A stretch of DNA of 64,000 nucleotides from Felis catus. Its lineage: Eukaryota. Numbering within the stretch: position 1 is the first letter of the stretch; every line of letters begins with the position of its first letter. A program made the position numbers and the translations under genes. This document shows positions 1-13,344 of this stretch, piece after piece. The notes under the pieces are model-generated. The model searched no databases. It was not told where the DNA came from and saw only the letters and a program-made list of their open reading frames with translations. The DNA lies in contig NC_058368.1 in the NCBI RefSeq assembly GCF_018350175.1, positions 149,174,001-149,238,000 of the forward strand, read 5' to 3'.

Positions 1-633
1 CATGATCCTAGTGTATAATTCTTGGTGTATAATTTGGTGTACAATTCAGTGAATTTTAACATATGCATTGATTTGTGTAACCTCCACCGCAGTCAAGATG
101 CAACTTCCAAATTTCTCAGGCTCCTTCTGTGGTCACTCCCTCCTTCAATTTTGACTGATCCATTCTCTGCCATGATAGCTTTATCTTCTTTTTTTTGTTT
201 AAAATGTTAGCTTATTGTGGGTATATTTTTTAAGCAGCTTTACTGAGGCATAATTGTGACACAAAGAACTACACATATTTAATGTGTACAATTTGATTAT
301 TTTGGACATATGTAAACACATGATACCATCACCACAAGCAAGGTAATAGATATGTCTAACACCCCCCGAAGTATCCTCTGTCTGTTTGTGGTTTTTTGTT
401 TGTTTGTTTGTCTGGTCATGGTAAGAACACTTAACATGAAATCTGCCCTCTTAAATTCTGAAGTGCACAATATTACATTATTTACTATAGGCACTGACTG
501 CACTTCGCAGAAAATCTCTACAACTTACTCATTTAGTATAACTGACTTTATACCCATTGAACAATAACTCCCCATTTCTACCATCGCCTGGCCCCTGGTA
601 ATCAGTATTCTCTGCTTCAATGCGCTTGTGTAT

Positions 634-864
634 GTATGTATGTATGTATGTATGTATGTATGTATGTATATTTTTGAAAGAGAGAGACAGACAGAGGGAA
701 AGCAGGGGAGAAGAAGAGGGAGAGGGAGACACCAAATCTGAAGCAGGCTCCAGGCTCAGAGCTGTCAGCACAGAGCCCAATGTGGGGCTCAAACCCATGA
801 ACCACGAGATCATGACCTGAACCCGAAGTCAGACAATTAACCGACTGAGCCACCCAGGCACCCC
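634..864 (-). mobile_element. Can-SINE
   Basis: tRNA-like head, CT tract, (TATG)n tail; TSD atgc(g/c)cttgt(g/c)tat. Confidence 0.92.
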
Positions 865-2447
865 TATGCCCTTGTCTATTTCAGATTCCTCATATAAATG
901 AAATTATACAGTATTTGTCTTTCTGTGATTGGTTTATCTCACTTAACATAATGTCCTCTGGGGCTATGCATGTTGTCACAAAGGGCAAGATTTCCTTCTT
1001 TTTTAAGGCTGAATAATACTCTGTTGTGTGTGTAATGTATAATATATAATAATACACACACACACACACATACATATATCACATCTTCATCTGTCAATGG
1101 ACAATTTGAGTTGTTTCTGTATTCTTGGCTACTGTGAAAATTTTTCTAAGGATGTTATATAAATATCATCCTACCATGTGTAATTTTTTGAAATGAGCTT
1201 TTATTCACTTATGCTTTTGAAATTCATCCAAGTTGGTGCATCTATCGATAGTTCATTCCTTCTGTTTGCTGACAACTATTTCACAAAGTTGGTTTATCCT
1301 TTCACTGGTTGAAAGACACTTAAGTTGTTTTTGGTAGTTATGATTACAGCTACTATAAACATTCATGTAAAGATTGTTCAGAGAGTGTAAGCTTCTGTCT
1401 GCACTGTGAGTACTCAGGGGTAAGATTGCTGGAAAATAGGGTAAGTTTAACTTTATAAAATCCTGCAAAACTGTTTTCTGGAGAAGCTACACTATTCCAT
1501 ATTTTCACCAGTAATATATGAGGGTTCCAGTTGTTCTGGAACTGCCTAACCCTTGGTATTGCCAGTAATTTTTCTTTTAGCTACTCAAATACCTGTGTAG
1601 TGGCATCTCACTAGTTTTATATGCAGTTCTTAATGACTACTTATGTTCAATATTTTTCATATTATATGCTTGTACATTTTTCATAAGCACTGTATTCAAA
1701 TTTTTTAGTCATTTTTAGATTAAATTGCTGCATTTTTATTATTGAATTTTGAGAATTCTTTGCTTTGTATATTGTCCATGTAAGTGCTTTGTTACATATG
1801 TGATTATAAATATTTTAATCTATGGCTTATATTTTATTTTGCTAAGTTTGTCTTTCAAGACAAAAGTTTTGTTTTGCTAATATTTTTTAATAAATATTAT
1901 ATCTTAATATTTAATACATTTAATATGTTGCTAACATTTAATATAGTTACATATTAATATTTAATGCTATATTAATATGTTAAATTATATGAATAAATAA
2001 TATTCTAAGTAATATATAAATTAAAAGAATATTAAATAATATATAATTTATTAATTGCTGATTATATATGTATATATATATACATATATATATATATAAT
2101 CTTTGCCAATGCACACATACACAAAAAAGATTTCCTCGCCAAATGCAAGCCACAAAGATTTTACTCCAGTGTTTTTTTTTCTAAATTTTATTGTGTTTGG
2201 TTTACATTTGGTCTATGATCAATTTTGAGTTAATTTTTGCATATATGATGTGAAATTTAAATTGAGGTCCTTTTTTTGCATATGAATGTCTATTTGTTGA
2301 CACCATTTTTTAAAAAGACTCCTTTCTCTGTTGACTTGCTTTTTTTATTTTTGACAAAAATCAATTTGCCATAATTGTGGGTCTCTTTCTGACTTCTGTG
2401 TTCTTTCCCATGATCTGTGTTGCTTAAGGTAACATTATAGTGTTATC

Positions 2448-2646
2448 TTTTTCTTTTTTAATGTTTATTTATTTTTGAGAGACAGAGAGAGAACAGGGAA
2501 CAGACAGAGAGGGAGACACAGAACCAAAAGCAGGCTCCAGGCTCTGAGCTGTCAGCACAGAGCCCATTGCTGGGTTTGAACTCACAAAATGTGAGATAAT
2601 GACCTGAGCTGAAGTCAGAGGCTTAACCCACTGAGCCAGGCAGCCC
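2448..2646 (-). mobile_element. Can-SINE
   Basis: Head, body and tail present; TSD agtgttatc. Confidence 0.92.
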
Positions 2647-5039
2647 AGTGTTATCATTATTATATGATTCCTCTGGTCTTATTCTTTGTTTTTAAAATTG
2701 ATTTAGCTATTTTAATCCCTTACCTTTCCACATAGAGCTTAAAATCACCTTTTCTGTCTCTATGAAAACATCCTGTTGGAGATTGAATTGTGTTAGATCT
2801 ATAGGCCAATTTAGGCCAAATTCATCTCTTCAGTATACTGAATCTTCCAACCCATGCAGACAGTTTGTATATTTATCTAGGCATTCTTTGATTGCTTTTA
2901 TCAGCCTTTTGTAGTTTATAGCATACAAATTCAGTATATATTTTGGTAAGTTTATATCAAAGTTTTTATCTGGGGAGTATTATAAATGGTATTTGAAAAA
3001 AACTGGTTTTAAATTGTTTGTTGCTAGAATAATGAAATAAAATGGATTTTTGTGTATTGACCTTGTATTCTGTGGTCTTGCTAAAATTACATGTTAGTTC
3101 TAGGAGATTTCATTTTGTTTTAGTGATTCCCTGATATTTTGTATGTAGACAATCATATCATCTGCCAATAAGGATAATTTTGTTTCCTTCCAATCTATGT
3201 AAACTTTTATTCTTTTTATGTCCTTCATGTACTGGCTAGAATTTCTATAATTCAACAGTAATTATAGTAATACCAACAGTATACATCCTTACCTTAGCCT
3301 TAGGCCAAGAGCCAAAGTTTGCACCATTACATACGAGGTCATCTGTGACTTTTGTAGACACCCTATAAAGGGTGAATGAAATCTTCTTTTCCTAGATTAC
3401 AGATGTTTTTTGTCATGAGTGAATGTTGAATTTTGTCAAAATTATCATGTGAAGTTTCTCCTTTAGATTACTAATTGGGAGATTACATTAACTGATTATT
3501 GAATATTTAACCAGCCTTGTTGTTTTGTTTTGTTTTGTTTTGTTTTTTGAGAAACATATCATTTGGTTTGGGATATTATTTCTTTTATATATTATTGTTG
3601 GACTCAATTTGGTAATATTTTGTGGAGAATTTTTGCATCTATATTCATGAAGAATGGTTGTGTTCGTTATTCTCTTTGTCTAGTTTTGTTATCAGAGTTA
3701 TGTTTGACACGTAAAATTGGTTGGGAATTTATAGAGTTCTCTTTTCTTCTTTTTTCTGTAAAATTGGTGGTATTTCCTCTATAGATGTTGGTAAAATTCA
3801 ACAGTAAAATTAGGTGGGCCTGAAAAGTTCTTTTGGAGGGAGATTTTAAAATATAGATTCAATTCATCTAATAGTCATTTGACTATTTAGGTTATCTACT
3901 TCATCTTTGGTGAATTCTGGTAGTTTATAACTTTCAAAAAATTTACTCATTTAATCAAAGCTACTGAATTTATGTGCAGAGAGTTATTATAATAATATTA
4001 TAAAAATTCTGCACATAAATCCTTTTAATATCTGGAGGGTCTGTAGTTATCTCTCCTCTTTTATTTCTAATATTGATAATTTGTATCTTTACTATTCTCT
4101 TTTACTTTTACTTTGATAAACCTTGCCAGAGGTTTATCCATTTTATTTATCTTGTCAAAGCAAGCACTTGGTTTCACTGAATTTTTCTATTTTTTCTGTT
4201 TTCAATTTCATTGATTTCTATTCTTATTTATAATTATTATTTTCTTCTGTTTGCATTAGTCTTATTTTGCTCTTTCTCTAGTTTCTTAAGATAGAAGCTC
4301 AGATTATAGATTCAGATATTTCTAATACAAGCATTTAATGCTATATATTTCTCTCTAAGCACCACTATAGCTACATCCTACAAATTTTGGTATCTTATAT
4401 CCTCATTTTTGTCCAGTTTAAAGTATATTCTAATTTCTCTGATACTTTTCCTTTAACCCATAAATTATTAAGAAGTACATTTTTAATCCAAGTTTGGGGC
4501 ATTATTCTGTTACTAATTATTTATTTATTATTTATTTATTTGCTGATTTCTAGTTTAATTTCATTATAAATCAGAGTATATACTTTACATATTTTAGTTC
4601 TCTTAAATCTGTGAAAGTTTCTTTTATGACCAAGGATATGCTCTATCATGGTGAATGTTCTATGTATCTTTGAAAAGAATATGTATTCTATTGTTTGGAG
4701 ATAGAATGCTCAGTAAATAATCAATAGATACAGTTGATTGATGGCATTGTTCAGTTCTTCAATATCCTTTGTAATATTCTGAATATGAGTACTGTCTATT
4801 CTTAAGAGAGCAGTATTGAAGTCTCCAACTATAACTGTATATTTATCTATTTCTCCTTTTGCTTATTTTTTTTATTCTGGGGTGAATTGGTCTTTTTTCA
4901 TAATTGAATGTCTATTGTTATTTCTTTATTTTGCTCTGTAGTCTAATTTTCTGATATTAATATGATCACACCAATTTTCTTTTGATTAATATTTGCATAG
5001 TGTATCTTGGTCTGTAGTTTTACATTTAATCTATCCACA

Positions 5040-5305
5040 TCATTGTACTTAGCCTTTGGGAGATCATTAGGTTTAGATGAAGCAGTATAGTGATACAATT
5101 AGTGGCCTCTTTAAGAAGATGAGGAGACATCAAAGTTCCTGTCTCCATCATGTGCATGCCAGGAAGAAGGCCCACAGAAAGAACAAAACCTGCCAGCACC
5201 TTGATCTTGTACTTTCCAGCCTCTGGCACTTTGAGAAATAAACATCTCTTATTTAAACCACAAGCCTATCATACTTTTCATAGAATCCTGAGTGGAACAA
5301 CACAG
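5040..5305 (+). mobile_element. MaLR (MLT1-like) LTR fragment
   Basis: Typical MaLR motif cctgccagcaccttgatcttgtactttccagcctc...gagaaataaa...tttaaaccac. Confidence 0.75.
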
Positions 5306-5884
5306 TAATCGATTTTCAAATACACTGATTTTTTTACTTTGTCATTCCCATTATGTTAATGAATATAATTTTTATTTTTTATGGTATTATGTTCCTTAAA
5401 TTTCTCTATTTATATCTTCTATTGATTTGCTGATAGTTTCTACCTTTCTATTTATTTCAGTATTTTCACAATTACTTGTTGCAGCATTTATTTAATAGCT
5501 GCTTAATGTCTTTGTTAGGTAATTCTAACATCTATATCTTCTAGACAAAGGCATGTGTTTTATCTTTTCTTATGTGAGTTGAGATTTTTCTCATAAGATG
5601 AGTAATTTTGGGTTGTATTGTGGACATTTGAATGTTATCCTCTGAGGACCTCTGTGTTATGCTTCAGAGACCTCATATACCAGTATCATGTATCTCTCCA
5701 GATTTTATGGCTATGTTCAGTGGGAAAGACCCGATAGAGTATATTTATTCTGTCTTATCAAGAATCAAACCCCTCCAGATACATTCTTTATGTCTTAATT
5801 ATCCTATTCTGTTACCTCTTCAGTAGTAGTCATAACCAATTAACTGTGACAAAAAACTGTGATTTTAATTAATTAAAATCTTAA

Positions 5885-6107
5885 TAATAATAAATAAATA
5901 AATGTTTATTTATTTATTTGAGAGACAGAGCACACACATGATTGGGGAGAGAGGCAGGGAGAGGGAGAGGGGGAGGGAGGATCCCAAGCAGGCTCCATGC
6001 TGGGAGCACAGAGCCCAATGAGGGGCTCTATCTCACGAACCATGAGATCATAACCTGAGCAAAAACCAAGAGTCAGACGCTTATCAACTGAACCACCCAG
6101 GTGCCCC
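5885..6107 (-). mobile_element. Can-SINE
   Basis: Head, body and tail present. Confidence 0.9.
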
Positions 6108-6431
6108 TAAATTTTTTTTTTAGTTTACAATTTTCTTTTTTCCATTATAGACTTCCACAAACTTATGAGCACCCACAACCAATTCATCCATGATAATGAC
6201 ACGTTACAATAATGTATAATTACAGAAAATAAGAGTTACTATAAAAAGTATGTGTAGATTTATACTATGTTGCTGCTTCTCTTAGTTTATAAGATAGACT
6301 TTTTTATTCATGGCTTAAATAAATGTTTATGTGGTTTATGACTGGTATGACCTGGCACAGTTTGAAGGCATTATAAGTATTAACAATGCACTAAGTAGAC
6401 TACTGTACTGAAAATCAGAAACTTCATTAAC

Positions 6432-6651
6432 TTTTTTTTTCTTGTTTTATTTATTTTGAGAGGGAGACAGAAAGAGACAGAGAGAATGCGCAGGGAAGGG
6501 ACAGAGAGGGAGACAGAGAGAGAATCCCAAGCAGGCTCCACACTGTCAGTGCAGAGCCTGACATGGGGTTCAAACTCAAAAACCATGAGATCATGACCAG
6601 AGCCAAAATCAAGAGCTGGATGCTTAACCAACTGAGCCACCCAGGTGCCCC
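6432..6651 (-). mobile_element. Can-SINE
   Basis: Head, body and tail present; TSD taactttt. Confidence 0.92.
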
Positions 6652-7864
6652 TAACTTTTATTCTTTTCTAACTTGTCTTTCAATCCAACACTATATGAAG
6701 TCTAAGAAAGGTAAAAATTTTCTATAAAATCACATCCACAAAGCTGTTAAAATTAAACAGCTGCAATCCTTAGGATATAGAACACATCTCTCTTTTATCC
6801 AAATGGCTTAACTTTAATCTGTTTTGCTACCATGAGGATAATCTGAAATAGGTTAACTATTAAAGGGACCTGCTCATGTCAGGCTGCTGACCACTGTCAG
6901 TATACTTCTTTTCCTTTGGAAATAGCAAGATACAATTTATACAATTAAAAGTGCTGCCTGTGATAACTTTATAATATAATATAGATGGTCAACATATTAA
7001 AAAGTTTTGAAAATCAAAAATAAAAATAATAAAGCATGCCAGGTTTTTGGCTGGATTTTATGTGTGTGTGTTTTGCCAATTCAGTAACAACTGTTAACAA
7101 TGCAATTTGCTATTTGTAGAAATTCTGACTGAAACTGAAGGTTTCAGTTATTAAAATCTAACACAGTAAAATTTTGGTTTGTAACTAGACAGTCCTCTGA
7201 ACTTTCCAATATGCAGTATCTTTTATACCATTTCTCCATTAGGTTTATTTGGTTTAAGGAAATATCTCTTCTGAAGCTCTAAATGATTACACTAAAATCA
7301 ATTAGTTTGGTGTAGTGAATATTTCTGAAACTGAAAAGAATTTTAGGAATCATGCAATCACACCTCTCCCATTTTAGAGGTGAGAATTCTCAGACTCACA
7401 GATTCAGCTCACAGTGTGCAAAAGTCAGGAACCCAGCTTCCTAAATCTGGTCCTTGTATTCTTTCTTCAATGAGAAAATTATTTTTTAAGTCTCCCATCC
7501 CTTTGAGAAAAATGCATATACATGGAAAGGTTTGCTGAAATTTTAGGGGTTCATTAAACACTCATGGATGCCATGAGAGTCTCTAAATTAGAAAATGTTA
7601 CATAGGGACAATTAACTAGCCATCTGGATTTTTAAACATGTAGATCTGTATCATATCTCTTGTAACGGAACTTCTAAGTGGATAAAATCTTAAAAATGAA
7701 AATGAGGTAATTAATATTCTGGAAGAAACCAAGGCAGAATAATTAAGGGTTGAGTCCAACAGTAACTCAGATGGCAACTAACCCAAAAGTAAAAAGTAAT
7801 AAATTTGACCATGAATAAAAAAAAAAAAAAACATCAAACATTGAAAGGCAAATCTAAAAATCTA

Positions 7865-7900
7865 GGGGCTCCTGGGTGGCTCAATTGGTTAATATATATT
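7865..7900 (+). mobile_element. Head-only Can-SINE
   Basis: ggggctcctgggtggctcaattggttaa plus 8 nt, between taaaaatcta direct repeats (7855-7864, 7901-7910). Confidence 0.75.
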
Positions 7901-7941
7901 TAAAAATCTATCCAACCCTACACGTACTAAGGGCTAAGCTA

Positions 7942-8099
7942 ATGTGGTTGGTAGAATGGCTGCTCAAAAAAGTTCATGCCTTAATCTCCAGAATCTATAA
8001 ATATGTTATAGTACAAGGTAAAAGAGTTTGTAGATGTAATTGGTTTTAAGATGATAAATGTATGGTAATTTGTTACAGCTGTGATATAAAACTAATACA
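7942..8099 (+). mobile_element. Internally deleted MLT1-like LTR
   Basis: 5' end tgtggttggtagaatggc joined to a 3' end ggtaatttgttacagc...aaactaataca. Confidence 0.6.
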
Positions 8100-8591
8100 A
8101 TGGTGTAGGATTTAGGAGAGAAAATGTAGTCTACAGATAACAGCTGCAAACAGATTAAATAATGTTTGAAAATTGTGCTTCATTTCAGTATTGCTTGTTA
8201 CTATTTCTAATAAAAGACTGAAAACACTTAAATGCCCATAAACAGAAACTTATTAAATTATGTTACATCCATATTTTTATGGCATACTACTCAGCTATAA
8301 AGAATGAGAAAGCTTTTCATATGAAAAGATATCTAAGATATACTGTTAAATGGAAAGTACAAGTACAGTACCATGTGTATAAAAAGAGAAAAAATTACAA
8401 ATATATTTATATTTACTCGTATATGCAGAAGGGTAGAGAAGAGAGCTATAACCACGGTTATCTATTTGCAGTGAGAGGAAAGTAGGTAGATAGAGTTCAC
8501 AGACAGAAGAAAGATTTTGCTGTTTACATTTCATTAATTTTTAGTCAAACAAACATACTGTCTTTCTGGTATACATATGGATTGTAGATTC

Positions 8592-8592
<1 letters not shown>

Positions 8593-8632
<40 letters not shown>
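8593..8632. repeat. (GATA)n microsatellite
   Basis: Direct reading. Confidence 0.95.
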
Positions 8633-9186
8633 ATACAAACATAATATATTTAAAGTGCTCCTGTGCTACTCTGTGCTTTCTTTCATATACGTGACCACTT
8701 TGATTCATCAGCAAGGAAAAAATATTTTCTGTCTAAATTAAGGAGGAGGAAGAGAAAAGGATGAGGGAAAGAAAAAAAAAAAACCTTTTCGATTTGTAAT
8801 TAACATTCTGTGTTCTGTTATTTGTAAATAAAGTGATTGCTTTTCCCAATTTCACTGGAGTTCTAATACAGATACACCCTGAAAAAAGTAACATAATATC
8901 TTCTGGATCTCTCACATGAATAAATGTTACATACAAAGTTTCATGACATACACAGATAGAGATATATACATACACACATGCACATGTATTTTTGAAAGGG
9001 GTGGGAGAAATAGAAAACAGTGACCAAAATAATGAGGGTCAAGTATTGAAAAGGGTACCAAAGACAAGTCATTTTCGTAACAGCTAATCCCAATCTTTCC
9101 CACATTTAGCATCTCAGACCTCTCTCCTCATATCAGGGAATTTATGCAAAAATATAGATCATGAAAATAAAAGCAGATTTTTCCCC

Positions 9187-9311
9187 GGGGGGCCTGGGTG
9201 GTTCAGTCATTTAAGCATCTGACTTGGGCTCAGGTTGTGATCTCTTGGTTTGTGAATTCAAGCCTCAAATTGGGCTGTCAGCGAGGAGAGCCTGTTTTGG
9301 ACCCTCTGTCC

Positions 9312-9374
<63 letters not shown>

Positions 9375-9456
9375 TGTCCCTCCCCCACTCATGCACACAT
9401 GCTCTCACTCTCTCTCTCTCTCTCTTTCCCACTCTCCCAAAAATAAGGAAACATTT
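9187..9456 (+). mobile_element. Can-SINE with expanded (CT)n
   Basis: Head, long CT tract; TSD aaaagcaga(c)tttttc. Confidence 0.92.
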
Positions 9457-10290
9457 AAAAAGCAGACTTTTTCAATATTCATAGAGTAAATCTGAGGCCC
9501 AGGAAATGGCAGCAACCGGCCTTCCAGTTGTCTGCCAGATTTTTAGAGGACCCCTCCCTGACGCAGGTTGGGCTAGCTGCTAAGAGATCAGCAAACACGT
9601 GGGGGAAGGGCATTGCTGGGTAGGTCTGGAGACTTTGAAACTAGCTAGGGAAGCGTTTAGAATAAGATTGGACAGATGATTTCAGGCAACATGTGGAAAG
9701 TCTTAAAGACTAAGCAATACTAACTAAGCAATCAGGCACCTTTAGATGTTGTTTGGAAAAGAGTGACAGGGTCAGAGGTATGCTTTGGAGATTAATCTGG
9801 CAGAGTGTGCAATGTGGCTGGGATGAGGAAGATGAGAGGGCAGAAAATTTACAGGCAAGAGCATGAGAATAAGCACTTTTAGACTTGAAATCTATTTTTG
9901 CCTTCTAAAAATTAGTGAGGCTGCTTAGAAGTTGCATTACTTACTGCTAGTTCTGATTAAATCCCAAAAGCATTTTTTTTTTAAAGAAGAGATTAAAGGA
10001 AGTGAAGTCAGAAGTTAGAACCAAATGAAAGTATCTACTATTTTTCAAAAAATCATTTCCAAAGGGCTGTTCAGTTAATTTAAGAAACACTCTGATGCAT
10101 CCATGGCGAAAACTCTGGTATTTCTTATGAGAAATGTCGTTTCTAAAGTGTAATTGCATGACACATCGCTAAAACAGTAATGAAGGAATCTGAGAGCATC
10201 CATCAAAGAACACTGAATGTGAAATAAACAGCATTGGTTTTGAGTCAAGGGACTTCTGTACAGCACTTTAGACAGCACTGCCCTCTGCAG

Positions 10291-10422
10291 TTAAACACGT
10301 GCTATTAGTGGATCCCGGCGAATCTTGTTAGACACCCATGCTTGAAACCATTCAGACATCTTGTCATTCCATTTACTATCGCCAACCACTGATAGCACCG
10401 CCAAAGTTTCCAAACTGGATCC
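10291..10422 (-). pseudogene. Putative 3'-most exon of the fossil gene
   Basis: Acceptor ttctctctgcag|GGATCC. The spliced frame reads DPVWKLWRCYQWLAIVNGMTRCLNGFKHGCLTRFAGIH* (stop 10305). A second frame is also open to 10291 (GSSLETLAV...DPLIARV*). Confidence 0.5.
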
Positions 10423-10539
10423 CTGCAGAGAGAATTACTTATAATGATGGAAAGTAACATAACAAGCATAGGACTAGGAAGGACAAACCTGGTTTTATTT
10501 AGTGATCTTGTGCACCAAACACTGTTCTCAGTGACCAAG

Positions 10540-11060
10540 ATGGGCAGCTTTCTTCCCGAATTCTTGATGCTTCTAGTTTATGGAAGACTAGAAATGGATA
10601 ACTTAAAAATCATCAGACAATTTAGTAAAATACTTATAAATTGTGATGGTAGCACAAAGTAAACAAACAAAAAAAGAGGCTGAGACAGATGGGTCTCACT
10701 TAAAAGGCTGGTATTTCAACTGAGACCTGAAGGATAAGAAGGACATAAGCATGTGAGGAATGGGAAAAAATTGATTGGATGGCATGTGCAAAGGTCCTGG
10801 GGCATGGAGAGTCGCGTGTTTAAGGCTAGGAAGACATGTCACTAGCGAATATTGAACAAATGGGACACTGCTGACAAGACCTGAAAAACTAAGCTGAGAT
10901 AGATCGTGAAGGCACTACCTACCTTTAGTACCTGGTAAGGAAATTGAATTTTATTCTAAATGCAATGAGACTCTTTTGAAGGGTTTTAAATGAAAATTTG
11001 ATAGTGATTATGTTGTTATAAGATCATGTGTGCTTCTCTATGGCAAATTATTTCCAGATA
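10540..11060 (-). mobile_element. L2 fragment
   Basis: Motifs gagacctgaagga, gcatgtgcaaaggtcctgggg and ggtaaggaaattgaattttattctaaatgcaatg. Confidence 0.6.
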
Positions 11061-11218
11061 GATAAGAAGGGAGGGGTCCAGATCATTTTCAGATAATTTT
11101 TCCACAATTTAACACACTCGATCTAGTTTAATTCTTTGTGTTATGGGCTTGGAGGGGTGTTAGGGAATGTAGAGGGTATGTTCATTTATAAAAAATCAAT
11201 TAATAGTCTTAAACTCAT

Positions 11219-11482
11219 GGGGCGCCTGGGTGGCTCAGTCGGTTAAGTGTCCATCTTCAGCTCACATCATGATCTCATAGTCCATGAGTTCAAACCCCAT
11301 GTTGGGCTCTGTGCTGACAGTTCAGAGCCTAAAGCCTGCTTCAGATTCTGTGTCTCCCCCTCTCTCTCTCTGTACCTCCCTCTCTCACACTCTGTCTCTG
11401 TCTCTCACTCTCTCTCTCAAAAATTAATTTAAAAAATTAATTAATTAAAAAATTAATTAATTTTAATTAATTAATTAATTTT
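11219..11482 (+). mobile_element. Can-SINE
   Basis: 19-bp TSD ttaatagtcttaaactcat; (TTAA)-rich tail. Confidence 0.95.
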
Positions 11483-11736
11483 TTAATAGTCTTAAACTCA
11501 TAAACACCTAAAATTATGTCATTGTCCTCAAAAAAAGAAGGTGGTTTAGTGACTATTTGATTTCAATTTTTAAATGGGATTAAGATAAATCACAAGTTAA
11601 TTTCAAACAAAAAGAGTTCACAATGATCTATTATCTCCTTTAAGATGGAAAGGCCTACCCTGGGTTAATAGGCTTCACTCTGCAGATCTAACTTTAAATT
11701 AGAAACACCATAGACAATGGATGTTTCCTGTCTTAC

Positions 11737-11893
11737 CATTGTGCAGGTAGGAAATATGTCTAAACATGAATATATATCCCTCTCATGTTAGCATGAGAAA
11801 TGTTCAAAAATCTCACAAACAACTGGGATTTCCCAACCAAGAAGTTCTTTCTCATCAATATCCATGAGTAAAGGGCAGGTTCATCGTTCTGAT
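11737..11893 (-). pseudogene. Putative internal exon (157 nt)
   Basis: Acceptor gttttatttctattcccttgttctag|, donor ATG|gtaaga; one TAG in the spliced frame. Confidence 0.6.
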
Positions 11894-12024
11894 CTAGAAC
11901 AAGGGAATAGAAATAAAACTACTGACTTTTGTCCAGGAGATTGAATGTGTCAGTCCACTCATTTTGAGTCTGTTACCACCCTCTCTCCTTTAAGTTAAAG
12001 GGAGAGAGAGAGAATTTCACTCAC

Positions 12025-12053
12025 CATAACTAATCCAGAATCTCTTTTTTGTC
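12025..12053 (-). pseudogene. Putative micro-exon (29 nt)
   Basis: Acceptor gaattgttttaaag|, consensus donor ATG|gtgagt; open in the spliced frame (TKKRFWISY). Confidence 0.5.
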
Positions 12054-12488
12054 CTTTAAAACAATTCAGTATTATCTATGCTGTGGTTCCACAGAGGGAA
12101 ATTTCTTTTCCATAAAAAGTGATACATTAAATATTCTAGTATCCAGCTACAGCATTAATGAACAACTTAAGGACTTCTGGAATTGAATTAGTTGCCACAG
12201 TACTTTGACATTATTCAGATTTCTTAGTCCCGGCTTTCATAGCTTCCAACTACTTGTATGAAAATGAAGTCATAAAGGCAATTTAATTGATTGATTCAGA
12301 ACTTTCTAACTAATGGCAGAATCTACCAGTGCAAATAACTGAATAAGATTAATACTATGTTGATAATATTCCCTATAGTTTGATGCACACCATTATCTAT
12401 TTCAGTCTCTAACACATCTGCTATGCTTTATTTTTATTTTTAAATGAATATAAATAGCAGAAAGCTGACATCTATGTAATACTAATAC

Positions 12489-12519
12489 CTTTTCTGCAGC
12501 AATGAGTCAAAATTTGGCT
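12489..12519 (-). pseudogene. Putative micro-exon (31 nt)
   Basis: Acceptor ttaatattcacag|, donor AAG|gtatta; open in the spliced frame (PNFDSLLQK). Confidence 0.4.
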
Positions 12520-12549
12520 CTGTGAATATTAAGCTCACTTATCAAATGT

Positions 12550-12551
<2 letters not shown>

Positions 12552-12587
<36 letters not shown>
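12552..12587. repeat. (TG)n microsatellite
   Basis: Direct reading. Confidence 0.95.
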
Positions 12588-12589
<2 letters not shown>

Positions 12590-12667
12590 GAGTAATAGTT
12601 CCAGAGTCTGCATAATGTTAAAAATTCAAGATATTGAGGCCTGACAAACTTATCAATAGTGATTTAC

Positions 12668-12780
12668 CTTCTTCCCAGCTTCCCAACAGTGGAAGTATAA
12701 GAAATGGTTAGTCCTGATTTTGATTTAGGAATTATTGAAATTGGAGTATTATCTCATATTCTTGAGGGCACATCTTTGCT
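12668..12780 (-). pseudogene. Putative internal exon (113 nt)
   Basis: Acceptor ttttcctggcttacccacttcag|, donor AAG|gtaaat; two TAA in the spliced frame. Confidence 0.5.
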
Positions 12781-13344
12781 CTGAAGTGGGTAAGCCAGGA
12801 AAATTCTGTTCAGCATTCCAAATAGTTGCTGCAGCAATCAGGCTGAAGTCAAGCTTCTAAGACTATTCTGGACTAATTAGCAATATAATTTCAAAAAGCA
12901 TCTTCCTTTATGGCTTCTGCTTTTAGAAACCAAACACCAAGAATATGTTTTTCTTAAAGCAACATTTCTTCACTTTTGTATTTTTCTTGTCTCTTCTGCT
13001 TGAAGAATTGCATTTTTTTCCAATCTTCATTGTTAAGCTCTTTCAATATAAATGATTCTACAAATGCCTTTGCCCTAATTTTGTTTTACTAACAGTTATT
13101 ACCAAATGTAACTTAAGAGAGGCAAACAAGTGAGTTGGAATTAGGTCCAATTTAAGCCTACCAGGAAAATAAATAAATAAATTACACACAGCCATGGTTC
13201 AGGAACCCAGCGCTCAGCGAGGAGGCAGCTCATGAGTTTGGGGGATTCCAACAAGTATTTTATTCAGATCATGCATGATTATAAACATTGGAACTCCACA
13301 GAAGTGACACAAGTCTGTGTATCTTCACTGAAGTCAATTAATTA

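Larger units (their letters stand above)
1..5030 (-). mobile_element. Old L1M-type LINE-1 relics (3' UTR and ORF2 remnants), interrupted by SINEs
   Basis: T-rich degenerate L1 sequence; ORF2 C-terminal remnant EYYSALKKKEILPFVTT...MLSEINQSQKDKY (890-1075). Confidence 0.8.

Noticed and set aside
10291..12780. Selenoprotein or readthrough interpretation of the in-frame stops
   Set aside because: The stops are a mix of TAA, TAG and TGA, and no SECIS-like element was seen; nonsense decay is simpler.
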